NCBI GenBank assembly: GCA_965217775.1
Contig: CBDCJH010000002.1
Span: 3,712,001 to 3,776,000, forward strand
DNA from: Acidobacteriota bacterium
Lineage (GTDB): Bacteria > Acidobacteriota > UBA6911 > RPQK01 > JAJDTT01
Length of the DNA: 64,000 nt
Direction: 5' to 3'
Below the pieces are notes generated by a model that worked only from the letters and a program-made list of their open reading frames with translations, ran no database searches and had not been told where the DNA came from. This document shows positions 38,533 through 49,100 of this stretch, in pieces. The translations under genes were made by a program, and so were the position numbers. Position 1 is the first letter of the stretch, and the number at the start of each line of letters is the position of its first letter.

Positions 38533-41500
38533 TTGAAAAGAAACAGAACCAGCGTCGTCTTCCTGTCCATCGCCGGACTGGCATTGGTGACCCAGACTCG
38601 TTCGGAGGTCGGCCCTTCGGACTTGGAGTCGCGGGCTACCGAACTGATCGCGGCCGAATGCCTCGGATGTCACAACCCGGAACTGGCGACTTCCGGTCTG
38701 AACCTGACGCGGCGCGAGAGCGCTCTTCGCGGCGGAGACCACGGGCCGGTTCTGGTTCCGAGTCACCCTGAGGCCAGCCTCCTGTGGTCCAAGGTGTCCT
38801 CCGGCGAGATGCCTCCGGGGAGTCCGCTGTCCGCACCCGATCGTGAAGTCTTTCGAGATTGGATTGCGGCGGGCGCGCCATGGGACCATCCGATCGGGTC
38901 CAAATCGCCGGCGAAACGGAGCGACTCCAACTGGTGGTCCTTCCAGCCCTTGCAAGAGTCACAGCCACCATCGGCCGAGACGGCTCCCGAGCACTGGCAG
39001 ACCTCGCCCATCGACCGTTTCGTTCACGCCCGGATGGAGGAAGCGGGTCTGGAACCCAATCCGCCGGCCGACCCCCGGACCCTCATTCGCCGCGCCAGCT
39101 ACGATCTCATCGGCCTGCCGCCCGACTTCGAGGAGGTCTCGGCCTTCCTGGACGACCCCTCGCCTGCAGCTTACGAGAAGCTGATCGACCGGCTGCTCGC
39201 TTCTCCCCGCTACGGGGAGCGCTGGGGACGCCATTGGCTCGACGTGGTGCGATTCGCCGAGAGTGAGGGGTTCGAACGGGACACGCTCCGGGAAAACGCC
39301 TGGCCCTATCGCGACTACGTCATCGAGAGCTTCAACCGGGACAGATCCTACCTGGATTTCGCGCGGGAACAGATCGCCGGCGACGTGTTGGCGCCAGTTA
39401 CCCGCGACGGCCTTGTCGCCACCGGTTTTCTGGTGTCCGGACCATCCGACACCGTCGGATTCATGTCGAGCGTGCCCGTGCAGCGTGAGATGGTTCGCCA
39501 AGACCAGATGGAGGAGATGATCGGGACGGTTTCGCAAACTTTCCTGGGCCTGACCGTCAACTGCGCTCGCTGCCACGACCACAAGTACGATCCCATCCCG
39601 CAGCGCGAGTACTACCGGATGAAGGCCGCCTTCGACGGTGTCTGGCAAGGCGACCGGGACCTGCTGACGCTCGACGAACAGCGCGCGCGCCGGCAACGGG
39701 TTCAACCGCTCGAGGGGCGTATTGCCGAGCTCGAGGACCGTTTGGCTGCCTTCGAGGTTCCCGCCCGCCGGCGGTTGTTGTCACAGAAGGCTGGTCCTAA
39801 AACGAGCGCCGTCGCGCCCTCTCCCTTCGGCCAGTGGACGTTCGATCTCGACAGCCGGGACTCGGCCGGGTCTCTTCACACCGAGATGTCGGAAAAAGTG
39901 GTCCTGGCTGAGGGGCGCCTGCGGGCGGCCGCTGGCACCAAGCTTACGGAGTCGGTCGCCAGGACGGTCCCGCTTGCACGGGAATTGCGTGAGAAAACGC
40001 TGGAGGCATGGATCCGGGTGAATCGCCTGCCGGAAAAGCAGGTCGGCGTCTTCAGGATCCACAATACGAAAGCGTTTCTGGGCGCCGTCCTGGACGGCAT
40101 CATGTTCTCCGGCGGCGACGCCAAGGAGTGGCGGAATATCAGCTCGAGCTCATTCCGCACCGCCGAAGGGAACGGGACGCCGGAAGCGGCTGAGGAAAAC
40201 CGGCTCGTCCATATCGCCATCTGCTACGCCGCCGACCACAGCATTCGCCTCTACCGCGACGGGAAACCGTACGGAAAAGCTTACACCCCCGATCTGAGGA
40301 TCGAGGAGGGTCGGTTGCAGACGTACTTGGCCGGGGAAGGCAAAGTAGCGTTCAACGTCTCCGAGGATCTTGAACTCGAAGAGGCGCGGCTCTACGACAT
40401 GGCCTTGACCGGAGAACAGGTCGAGGCCTCCTACCTCACCGGGGTTCTCAATGTCCGGCGGGAAGAATTGGACGAAGTCATGACTCCCGCCGAAAGGTCG
40501 AGCGCGCTCGAACTGCGCGCCGAGCTGGGACGATTGCGGGACCGGCGGGAGGTGATTCCGGACCCGCAGAAGATCTATGCTGCCGCCGTCAGACAGCCCG
40601 GGGCCACCTACCTGCTGGAACGCGGCGACCCGAACGCGAAGCAGGAGAAGGTTTCCGCCGGCGGCTTGTCCTGCGTCCCGACCCTGTCGCCGGAGTTCGG
40701 ACTGGAGGTGGACGCTCCCGAAGCGAAACGCCGGATGCGGCTGGCCGAGTGGATGGCGAATCCCCGAAATCCCATCTTTGCCAGAACCATGGTGAACCGT
40801 GTCTGGCACTACCTTTTCGGAAGGGGCCTGGTCGAGAATCCCAACGATCTCGGTTTCAATGGCGGTCCACCGACGCACCCGGAGCTGCTCGACTGGCTGG
40901 CCGGCGAGTTCGTCCGGGGCGGTTGGAGTGTCAAGAAACTGCACAAGCGGATCATGATGTCGCAAACCTACCGGCAATCCTCCGACTGGAGGAAGACGGC
41001 CGCCGCCAACGATGCCGGCAATCGGCTTCTCTGGCGTTACTCTCCGAGGCGCCTCGAAGGGGAGGCCATTCGCGACGCGATGCTGCTGGTCAGCGGACAG
41101 ATCAATTGGGAAATGGGGGGCGCCAGCTTCCGTCCTTTCCAGGAAGAAGAGAAGTTCAACGCCTTCGAGATGTATACGCCGGTCGACTCCGATGAGCCCG
41201 CGCACAACCGGCGCACCGTGTATCGCATGAACGTCGCCTCGGCTGCGAGTCCGTTGCTCGATTCGTTCGATTGCCCCAATCCCAATGTCAAGACTCCCAA
41301 GCGAGTGGTCACGACGACTGCACTGCAGGCACTGAGCCTCATGAACAATGCTTTCGTCCTGCGGCAGGCCCGGGCGTTCGCCGACCGGATCGAGCGGGAA
41401 GTCGAATCAGACCGGGAGCGCCACGTCCGGCGTGCTTTCGAAATCGCGCTCGGACGGACGCCGGGGCGTGAGGAGATGGCGTGGAGTGAAGATCTGGTCG

Positions 41501-41568
41501 GTGAACACGGCCTGTCGAGCCTCTGCTGGGGTCTCTTCAACACCAGCGAGTTTCTCTACCTGAATTGA
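38533..41568 (+). CDS. PSD1/planctomycete cytochrome c protein (DUF1549 + LamG-like insert + DUF1553)
   Basis: CLGCH, PIDRF, YGERWGRHWLD, CARCHDHK, NRVWH..FGRG, HPELLDWLA, QALSLMN. Confidence 0.92.
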   Translation: MKRNRTSVVFLSIAGLALVTQTRSEVGPSDLESRATELIAAECLGCHNPELATSGLNLTRRESALRGGDHGPVLVPSHPEASLLWSKVSSGEMPPGSPLSAPDREVFRDWIAAGAPWDHPIGSKSPAKRSDSNWWSFQPLQESQPPSAETAPEHWQTSPIDRFVHARMEEAGLEPNPPADPRTLIRRASYDLIGLPPDFEEVSAFLDDPSPAAYEKLIDRLLASPRYGERWGRHWLDVVRFAESEGFERDTLRENAWPYRDYVIESFNRDRSYLDFAREQIAGDVLAPVTRDGLVATGFLVSGPSDTVGFMSSVPVQREMVRQDQMEEMIGTVSQTFLGLTVNCARCHDHKYDPIPQREYYRMKAAFDGVWQGDRDLLTLDEQRARRQRVQPLEGRIAELEDRLAAFEVPARRRLLSQKAGPKTSAVAPSPFGQWTFDLDSRDSAGSLHTEMSEKVVLAEGRLRAAAGTKLTESVARTVPLARELREKTLEAWIRVNRLPEKQVGVFRIHNTKAFLGAVLDGIMFSGGDAKEWRNISSSSFRTAEGNGTPEAAEENRLVHIAICYAADHSIRLYRDGKPYGKAYTPDLRIEEGRLQTYLAGEGKVAFNVSEDLELEEARLYDMALTGEQVEASYLTGVLNVRREELDEVMTPAERSSALELRAELGRLRDRREVIPDPQKIYAAAVRQPGATYLLERGDPNAKQEKVSAGGLSCVPTLSPEFGLEVDAPEAKRRMRLAEWMANPRNPIFARTMVNRVWHYLFGRGLVENPNDLGFNGGPPTHPELLDWLAGEFVRGGWSVKKLHKRIMMSQTYRQSSDWRKTAAANDAGNRLLWRYSPRRLEGEAIRDAMLLVSGQINWEMGGASFRPFQEEEKFNAFEMYTPVDSDEPAHNRRTVYRMNVASAASPLLDSFDCPNPNVKTPKRVVTTTALQALSLMNNAFVLRQARAFADRIEREVESDRERHVRRAFEIALGRTPGREEMAWSEDLVGEHGLSSLCWGLFNTSEFLYLN

Positions 41569-41579
41569 CGGAGTGCCCT

Positions 41580-43016
41580 ATGCTCATCCCATCAGCGGTC
41601 CAACGCCGATTTTCCCCGCTCTCCCGCCGCCGGTTGCTCTTCGATGCCGGAGCGGGATTCGGCTGGGTTGCCCTCTCTTGGTTGACCCAACGGGAAGCGT
41701 TGGCTGGGGCGGCTGTGCGGGGGGCCGACCCAACTTCCAGAACGGGTCAGGTGCCGCACTTCGCGCCCAGAGCCAAGCGAGTGATCCAGATATTCGCGGT
41801 CGGCGGCATGAGCCACGTCGACACCCTGGATTACAAACCGGAACTCTCCAGGCGAAACGGCACGCCGTTCAATATGACGACCTTTTTTGGCCAGGCGGGC
41901 CACCTCTACGGGAGTCCGTTCGAGTTCCGCCGGAACCGTGAGAGTGGACTGTGGGTGAGCAACCTGCTGCCGCATTTGCGCGGTTGTGCCGACAAACTCG
42001 CGCTGATTCAGTCGATGGTCTCCAACAGCGCCAACCACATGCCCGCCGTGGCTCAGATGAACACCGGATTCGCGCTGAGCGGCTTCCCCAGCATGGGTGC
42101 CTGGATCAGCTACGGGCTGGGCACCGAGAGCGAGGACCTGCCGGCGTTCGTCGTCCTGCCCGACCCCGCCGACCACCCTTGGGGAAGCGGCCTGCAATGG
42201 GGTGCTTCATTCCTGCCCGCTTCTCATCAGGGGACGCCGTTTCGGACGTCCGGCGACGCCTTGGCTGACCTGACCACGCCCGAGTCCGTCCGTCCCGCAC
42301 AGCGGAGTGCGAGCCTGGAGTGGCTGGCGCGAATGAACCGGATCTACCAGCGGGAACATCCGGGCGACAGTTCGTTGCAGGCGCGCATCAGCTCCTATGA
42401 GCTGGCGGCGCGGATGCAGTTGAGCGTCCCCGAGATTGCCGATATCGAGCGCGAAAGCGAGAGTACTCGCCGCCTCTACGGCCTCGAGTCAAAAGAAACC
42501 GAAGCGCTCGGCCGCCGCTGTCTGCTGGCGCGCCGCTTGCTGGAGCGAGGAGTCCGATTCGTTCAGGTGTATCACGGCGGCACCAAGAAGACTTGGGACG
42601 CCCACTCCAGACTGGAGAAACACCACACCAAGATGGCGCTGGAATACGATCGTCCGGTGGCCGGCCTGCTCCAGGACCTGGATTCGCGCGGCATGCTGGA
42701 GGATACCCTGGTATTGGGGGTGACCGAGTTCGGCCGGACGCCCGTCGCCCAGGGAGGCAGCCTGGGACGCGACCATCACCCCGAATGCTTCACCTGCTGG
42801 CTGGCCGGGGCCGGTCTCAAGCGGGGTTTCATCTACGGAGCCTCAGACGAACTGGGCTACAAGCCGGCGGAGAACCCGGTCACGATCTACGACTACCACG
42901 CCACGGTCCTCCACCTGCTGGGGATCGACCACAAACGCCTTACCTATTACCACAACGGCATCGAACGCCGCCTGACCGACGTCCACGGGCGAGCCGTCAC
43001 CGAATTGTTGGCGTAG
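41580..43016 (+). CDS. DUF1501 family protein (Tat signal)
   Basis: LSRRRLL, GGMSHVDTLDYKP, PSMGAW, WDAH, TEFGRTP, GRDHH; directly follows the DUF1553 gene. Confidence 0.92.
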   Translation: MLIPSAVQRRFSPLSRRRLLFDAGAGFGWVALSWLTQREALAGAAVRGADPTSRTGQVPHFAPRAKRVIQIFAVGGMSHVDTLDYKPELSRRNGTPFNMTTFFGQAGHLYGSPFEFRRNRESGLWVSNLLPHLRGCADKLALIQSMVSNSANHMPAVAQMNTGFALSGFPSMGAWISYGLGTESEDLPAFVVLPDPADHPWGSGLQWGASFLPASHQGTPFRTSGDALADLTTPESVRPAQRSASLEWLARMNRIYQREHPGDSSLQARISSYELAARMQLSVPEIADIERESESTRRLYGLESKETEALGRRCLLARRLLERGVRFVQVYHGGTKKTWDAHSRLEKHHTKMALEYDRPVAGLLQDLDSRGMLEDTLVLGVTEFGRTPVAQGGSLGRDHHPECFTCWLAGAGLKRGFIYGASDELGYKPAENPVTIYDYHATVLHLLGIDHKRLTYYHNGIERRLTDVHGRAVTELLA

Positions 43017-43017
43017 T

Positions 43018-43042
43018 GGGGAGCGGCGATTTCCAGTCGCCG
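43018..43042. repeat. REP palindrome
   Basis: GGGAGCGGCGATTTCCAGTCGCCG immediately after the DUF1501 stop. Confidence 0.65.
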
Positions 43043-43054
43043 AATTCCGGAGTT

Positions 43055-43605
43055 ACAAAGAAGCTTTGTGCGCGCTTTTATGCGGAGCGGCTGGGTCGCC
43101 CGAGTCTACGGCCCGGACGGTACTTTCGGCTGCTGCTGGTAGGGTACTTCGAGGGGCTGAACTCGGAGCGGGCCATCGCCTGTCGGGTGTCGGATTCGGC
43201 GAGCGTGCGAGCCTTTCTGGAATACGACCCGGAGGAGGCGCCGCCGAGTCATTCGACCTTGTCGCGGACGCGACGGCGGATCGACGTGGAGACGCACGGA
43301 GAGGTGTTCACCTGGGTGCTGAAGCAGTCGGCGGAAGCGGGACTGGTGAAGGGGAAGACGATCGGGATCGATGCGGCGATGCGGAGCATCGTGCGCCGGG
43401 ACACGGGCAAAGACTATGAGACGTTCGTGAGGGGATTGGCGGAGGCGTCGGGGGTGAAGACGCCGACTCGGGAGGAACTGATTCGGAGCTATCCGTCGGA
43501 AACGGATCGGGGCCGGCGGAATTGGAAGGGGAACAACAAAAAGTACCAAGCGCCAGCGTTCGAAAAGAACATAAACCCGAGAAATCCGGATCTTGCCACG
43601 GACTG
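43055..43605 (+). pseudogene. Decayed IS1182/IS5-like (DUF772) transposase remnant with intact right end
   Basis: GRPSLRPGRYFRLLLVGYFEGLNSER, HSTLSRTRRR, IGIDA; no start codon and apparent internal deletions; ends TTGCCACGGACTG followed by CTAA. Confidence 0.8.
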
Positions 43606-43697
43606 CTAAGCTAACACCTTGCTTGGGGGTCGATTCCCGACTTCGGGAGGCACGGCGCTGACAGGCCCAATGAGTATCTACCAGATCCCGGGAGCGC

Positions 43698-44003
43698 TCA
43701 TCCTGGGGTATGCAGGCCTCTGCCGGCATCCAGGGTCGGCAATCGGGCGATCGCCGGGCCGCTTTTCCGCGCCGCAAGCCGCAATTCGTAGAGCTTCTGA
43801 AGGTTGAGCCAGAACTCCCCCGAGGTGCCGAAGAAGCGCCCCAGACGCAATGCCGTATCGCCGGTGATCGAGCGTCGGCCGTTGAGTATCTCGGTAATGC
43901 GGTTAACCGGCACCTCGATGCGTCGCGCAAGCTCCGTAGCGCTCATGCCGAGCGCATCGAGATCCTCGCGCAACGTCTCGCCCGGATGGATGGGGTCGCG
44001 CAT
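43698..44003 (-). CDS. higA: HigA family addiction-module antitoxin
   Basis: PIHPGETL, HTH (ELARRIEVPVNRITEILNGRRSIT), ALRLGRFFGTSGEFWLNLQ; GAGGAGG RBS. Confidence 0.93.
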   Translation of the reverse strand: MRDPIHPGETLREDLDALGMSATELARRIEVPVNRITEILNGRRSITGDTALRLGRFFGTSGEFWLNLQKLYELRLAARKSGPAIARLPTLDAGRGLHTPG

Positions 44004-44019
44004 GACTTGCCTCCTCAAA

Positions 44020-44300
44020 TTAATGGTAGTCCACGATTTCCACTTCGGTCGGGCCCGGACTTCCGTCCGGCCACTTGAAGCAGATCCGCCATTGGTCGTT
44101 GATGCGGATGCTCCACTGCCCCTTGCGCCGGCCCTTGAGTGCCTCCAGACGGTTGCCGGGCCTCGCCAGATCGCCCAGGCTCATGGCCGCGTCAAGCTGG
44201 TCGAGCTTGCGCGAGGCGGTCCGGGCGAATCCGGAAAATGACGCGATCCGGCGACCCTCGTATACGCTTCGGTTTTCCTGTCCGAGAAACCGACGATCAC
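44020..44300 (-). pseudogene. higB: HigB (RelE/ParE) toxin with an N-terminal 1-nt frameshift
   Basis: Core PGNRLEALKG..KGQWSIRINDQWRICF..VEIVDYH. The family-like N-terminus VIVGFSDRKTEA (GTG 44300) is out of frame with the core (281 nt to stop). Confidence 0.75.
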
Positions 44301-44662
44301 AACGCATTCCGTTCCCGGAGCAACCGCATCAGCTCCACACTTGCGAAAACATCCGCATTACGTCAAGCATAACGCATTTTGCTTCGCTGCCCGGTTTCAC
44401 GTCGTGGAGAGGGCGAGTCTGGCCGTGAGCGGGACGGCGGTCGGCACTCTGGAGGGGGCTGCCATCGCCCTTTCTTTTCACCCGACCGGAGGAGCATGGC
44501 ACGATGCAGGCGGCACTCGCACCGCGCGGCGACGCGCGCACCTTTCTCACCCATTTCGTCGGCAGCGGCCTGGACGACGACCGCTACGTCATTACCAAGT
44601 GCGGAGTTTTACAGTCACACCCGACGCAGGGCCGGGACTCCAACCAGCGCCAGACGGTCTCG

Positions 44663-44771
44663 CTCCACCTGCTGGGGATCGACCACAAACGCCTCACCTA
44701 CTACCACAACGGCATCGAACGCCGCCTGACCGACATCCACGGGCGCGCCGTCACCGAATTGCTGGCGTAGT
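44663..44771 (+). repeat. Second copy of the DUF1501 3' end (direct repeat of 42909-43017)
   Basis: 109 bp with 5 mismatches; encodes [35 protein letters not shown]. Confidence 0.9.
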
Positions 44772-44867
44772 AGAGGCGACCCTTGTGGTCGCCCTTTTCC
44801 TGCCGGCAACCATTTTCAGGAGATTGCGACGAAAGAGGGCACCCAAACACACAAGGGGTGCCCCTAC
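44770..44867. repeat. GTAG-type inverted REP pair (REPIN-like)
   Basis: GTAGAGGCGACCCTTGTGGTCGCCC ... GGGCACCC(aaacac)ACAAGGGGTGCCCCTAC. Confidence 0.7.
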
Positions 44868-44922
44868 GGGTTCGATTCGATGCCCGAGATGGTGTGCTCC
44901 ACGGGCGTCAAGCAGTTGACGT

Positions 44923-45549
44923 TCAGGGAGTTGATCCGTGGCCATCACGTGGGTGTCCAACTTGCAACAATCCGCGCAGAAAGTCTCTGAGCGGAGCGAT
45001 GGACTGATCGTGGTCAGCGAACCTCAGATGGCCGACATACTCATCCCGGGTCTGTCGAATCATCTCAGGGAGAATTGGATCTCCTCCCGGGAAACCACCT
45101 ATTTTGACGCAAAGGACGTAGTAGCAGAGAGCCCGAGCAGTACGGCCATTCCCGTTGACGAAGGGATGTATGTGGTTCAACTTCCACAGGCATACGGCCG
45201 ACAGGGAGACTGGGTCAGCGGAAGACCACACGCCGTTGACTCCTCTGACGAATTCACCCATGAGACGAGGAACATGAACCGACGGGGGAGGAGTGTGAGG
45301 TCCCACACGTACTTCAGATGCGCGGTATGTACCGGCTGGATGGTCAAGACAAGCGATGGCGTGGAAATTCAGGGCTTTGACGATCGTCTCGGTGAGCTTC
45401 TCGTCGAGGTCCCGGCCGAGCATACGCTCAGCTGAAAGAGTGGCACGGATTATCGAGGTGAGAAAGTCGTATTGCCGGTTGAGATTGTCACGGGCGAGAT
45501 TCTTGTATACGTCGTGGTTTTCGCCGCCACACAGATCTCATAGGATCAT
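44923..45549 (-). pseudogene. Fic family protein with in-frame TGA at codon 4
   Basis: Canonical Fic motif HPFVNGNGRTAR. Upstream in-frame reading is MIL*DLCGGENHDVYKNLARDNLNRQYDFL from ATG 45549, with TGA at 45540-45538. Confidence 0.75.
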
Positions 45550-45556
45550 CCACGGA

Positions 45557-45751
45557 TTATCCCATGTCTCTCAGATGCTGCTCGATCTCCTCCCGAGTGA
45601 AGTGCATCTCCTTTGGCTGGTTGCCGTAGACAAAGGAAACCCGTTGTTGAAAGCGTTCTTCCGGAGTTCTTGGCCTTCGGGCCGCTTCCTCTAGTTGACG
45701 GGTGAACTCCGGGTCAGTCTCTCTCAGTTCTGCGAGCAACGCTCTCTCCAT
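45557..45751 (-). CDS. Small (64 aa) protein upstream of fic, putative antitoxin/partner
   Basis: GGAGG RBS; charged helical sequence (TPEERFQQRVSFVYGN...TREEIE); stop lies 7 nt before the fic ATG. Confidence 0.65.
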   Translation of the reverse strand: MERALLAELRETDPEFTRQLEEAARRPRTPEERFQQRVSFVYGNQPKEMHFTREEIEQHLRDMG

Positions 45752-45888
45752 GGCTGAACCTCCGCGGTTGCTTTGATCAAACTGTTGCGAAATTGTCAAG
45801 CGCGTGCGCACAAGAGTAGACGTAATACGATGACCTGGATTCGGGTTGGTCCGTACCCGCCCGTTCCCTTTATCAGTTTGCCTTGTAC

Positions 45889-46046
45889 CAGCCCGTGGCA
45901 AAAGTCGTCACGGCATTCGACCGTCCCTGCATCCCGGCGGACTGCGTTGCTATCGGCTCACATACTCCCGGTATGCTCCCTCATCGCGCCTTGTCCGGCG
46001 GGCGCAGGAACGGTCTCGGTGCTCGCGCGACTTTCACCACGGACTG
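45889..46046. mobile_element. MITE family A, copy 2 (GTAC TSD)
   Basis: 158 bp, same TIRs; GTAC at 45885-45888 and 46047-46050. Confidence 0.9.
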
Positions 46047-46106
46047 GTACGACCGGCACAAACCTTCTGTGCGCTTACGATTCAGCGACCCACTGAGGAA
46101 TTCGGG

Positions 46107-49100
46107 CTAAAAGTCGTAACGCAGTCCGAACTGGACCTGACGGGCATCGCCGGCGTTGCGGATGCGTCCGAACGACGCCGAGCCGAAGCTGGTGTTGGGA
46201 TTCCCGAAATTCACGTGGTTGAAGGCGTTGAAGAGCTCGACGCGGAACTGCACCCGCTGTTCTTCGGCCACGTAGAAATCCTTGTGCAGTGAAATGTCCC
46301 AAAGCTGCAGTCCGGGCCCCACGATCGTCCCCGTTCCGGCATTCCCGTAAGTGTACGGGGCGGTCCGTGCGAAGAACCGGTCGCCGGTATTGAAGAACTG
46401 ATTGATCATCTGGTCCCGGGACGAGTGACCGAGGTCGTTGGGATTGCGCAGCAGGTTGGGACGGCTGCCCCCTGCGTTGGAGACATTGAAGATATCCCTC
46501 GGCGTCAGGAACGCTCCGGATTGGAAGGTGCCGATCCCTCCCAGTTTCCAGCCGCCGAAAATCAAGTCCGCCGTCCGGCCGATGTCGCCGCCCAGCGGTT
46601 TCCCCCGCCCGAAGGGCAACTGGTAGACCCAGCTGAGGGAAGCGAGGTGGCGAGTGTCGTATCTGGTGGGGCCAGTGTCCGCCTTCCAGTTCCGGTTCCA
46701 GTCGCGAATCGGCTGGCCTTCCCAGAGCTGGGGTCCGGCGATGGAGGTGCCCAGGACCTTGCCCCAACTGTAGGCGCCCAGCAGCATGAGTCCATCCGGT
46801 CCCATCTCTTTGCGCAGCTTGACCTGAAGCGCATTGTAGTTGCTGGTACCCCAGTTGACCGGCCCGCTGATGCCGGAAAGATCGCAGATGTCGGCGTTGC
46901 GGCAGAGAGCCCGGCGTTGCGCCGTGGGTTCCGGTCCCGGATAGGGATTGTTGAGCCCGAAATTGAACACGTTCTTGCGGCCCGCGTTCCCGACGTAGGC
47001 GACTTCGACGCCCATGGTGGGAAGCAGCTCCCGGTCGAGGCTGAGCGAGTACTGCTGCAGGTAGGGGGTCCGGTTGTCGCGGATCAGCCCCCGGCCTCCC
47101 GTGGCGGGCACGACGGTCGTCCCGAAGGGACTGCCGAAACTGATGGCGGGAACGTCCCGGTCGCTGGCGATGCTGGTCGGCGGCACCCAGGGCCGGCCCA
47201 GCCCCATGGTGATGGGGATGTCCAGGACCTGCCAACTGTAGAAGACGCCGTATCCACCCCGGAGCACTGTCTTGTTGTCGCCGAACAGGCGCCAGGCAAG
47301 ACCGACCCGCGGGCCCCAATCGTTCATTTCAGACCCGCCGACTTTCTGCAGGCTGCGGTCGTAGTCGAAGGCGTCATTGGTGACGGCATTGCTGGGCGTG
47401 CCCGGCAGGGTCGGAATCGACTCCGCGAACACCCATTGGCCGGATGCGATGTCGATGCCGGTGATCCGGTTCTCGGCGTCATAGGGGCGCTGCCAGATCT
47501 CGTATCTCATCCCCAGATTCAAGGTGAGGTCCGGATGAACGTGCCAGTCATCCTGGAGGAAGAACATCCACCAGGTCTGCTTGGTGTTGAGCTGTAGCAG
47601 AGCGCCGTTTATGCCGGAACTGGTGACCGCCCCCAGCAAGTAGTCGGCCCAAGCGTTGAACTGATCTCCGGGGGCTCCGACACTGGCGACGCTGAACCGG
47701 GGCGAGAAACTGATGACGCCTCGGCTGTTGGCCTCGAACGCCATGTCCATGGCGTTGCGAATGACTTCGATCCCGACCTTCCAGGAATGGTTTCCCTGAA
47801 CCTTGTTCAAGGTGTTGGAGTACACGTAGTTGTTGTAGGGATTGTCCAACGGCGCGAAGGTGTCGTCGGCAATGGTTCTCCAGCCGCTGATGTTGATGGT
47901 CGGAATTCCCGCCTGTTGCCGTTCGGGGGCCACTCCCGTGATGCCCGCCCCCGCGAAGAATTCGGGTCCGGTGACGGCGCCCCGGCTGCCGCCCTGCACG
48001 TAGAGGTCCGGCAGCGTGGTCTCGTTGTCCCGAATCTGGTGGTACTGGCTGAAACCGAAGTTGAAGGAGTTGATGGTGGTGGGGCTGAACGTGTGCGTCC
48101 ACCCCAACTTGTGATTTTCGCCGTTCAGGTCCTGATTCTGCCGAAAACCGACGAGGGGTGTCGTGCTGCCCCGCGGCTGGGGCTCCAGGAACTTGCGGTC
48201 CTGGTAGGTGAAGCGGAAGGTGATGGCGTCACTGTCGGAGAAGTCGCGATCGTAACGAATGGAGTACTGGTCCTTGTCTCGAATCCGATCCGGACTGGCG
48301 ACGAAGTTCCCCGTGAATCCCGCCTGGGTCGGATCGGGGAAGAACTGGTTGATGAATTTTGCCTGCTGTGTGATCCGGTCGGTGGGAATGATGTTGTTGG
48401 GGAACGGTTGCCGCATGCCGGTCGCGGGATCCAGGGTGGCCGGGTCGTAGATGCAACCCTTGTTGTTGCTGTGGTCCATGCAGTTGGCGCCCGGAGCCAG
48501 CAGGCTCGAGAAGTCGCCGTTCCTTATTTCCGGCGTGGGCACGCTGATGGGAACGGTCAAACCTCGAGCCGCCCGCTGGCCTTCGTAGTTGAAAAAGAAG
48601 AAATCGTTCTCGGAGCCCGGAATATGGCCGCCGAACGAACCTCCGAACTGACTCCGGCGGAACTCGGGAATCCTCCTGGCGAAGAAGTTCCTCGCCTCGT
48701 GGTTGTCGTTGCGGTGAAACATGTAGATGGCGCCGTGGTAGTCGAGCGATCCGCGCTTGGTGACGATGTTGATCTGGGCTCCACCGCTGCGGCCGAATTC
48801 GGAGTCATAGACGTTGGTCTGGATCTTGAACTCCTGAATCAGGTCGATGCTGGGGGAGAAGTTCATGCGGGCGGCGCCGCTCTCCTGATTCATGACCCCG
48901 TCGACCATGGTGTTGTTGGCGTGGTCCGACATCCCGTTGGCCGAGATGCTTCCTCCGCTGTATTCCATGTATCCGACGGTGGTCCTCTGGACGCCCGGCG
49001 TCAGTTCCGCCAACTGCAGGAACTGGCGCCCGTTCAGAGGCAACTCCAGCACCTTCTCCCGCTCGATGACTTCGCCGACCGTCGCCTGGTCGGTGGCGAT

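Noticed and set aside
44504-44770. 88-aa ORF as a real gene
   Set aside because: It is a chimera of unassignable sequence and the duplicated DUF1501 tail.
45538-45540. TGA in fic as selenocysteine or a recoded stop
   Set aside because: It is not at a catalytic Cys-like position, I see no convincing SECIS, and many genes in the window use TGA as a normal stop.
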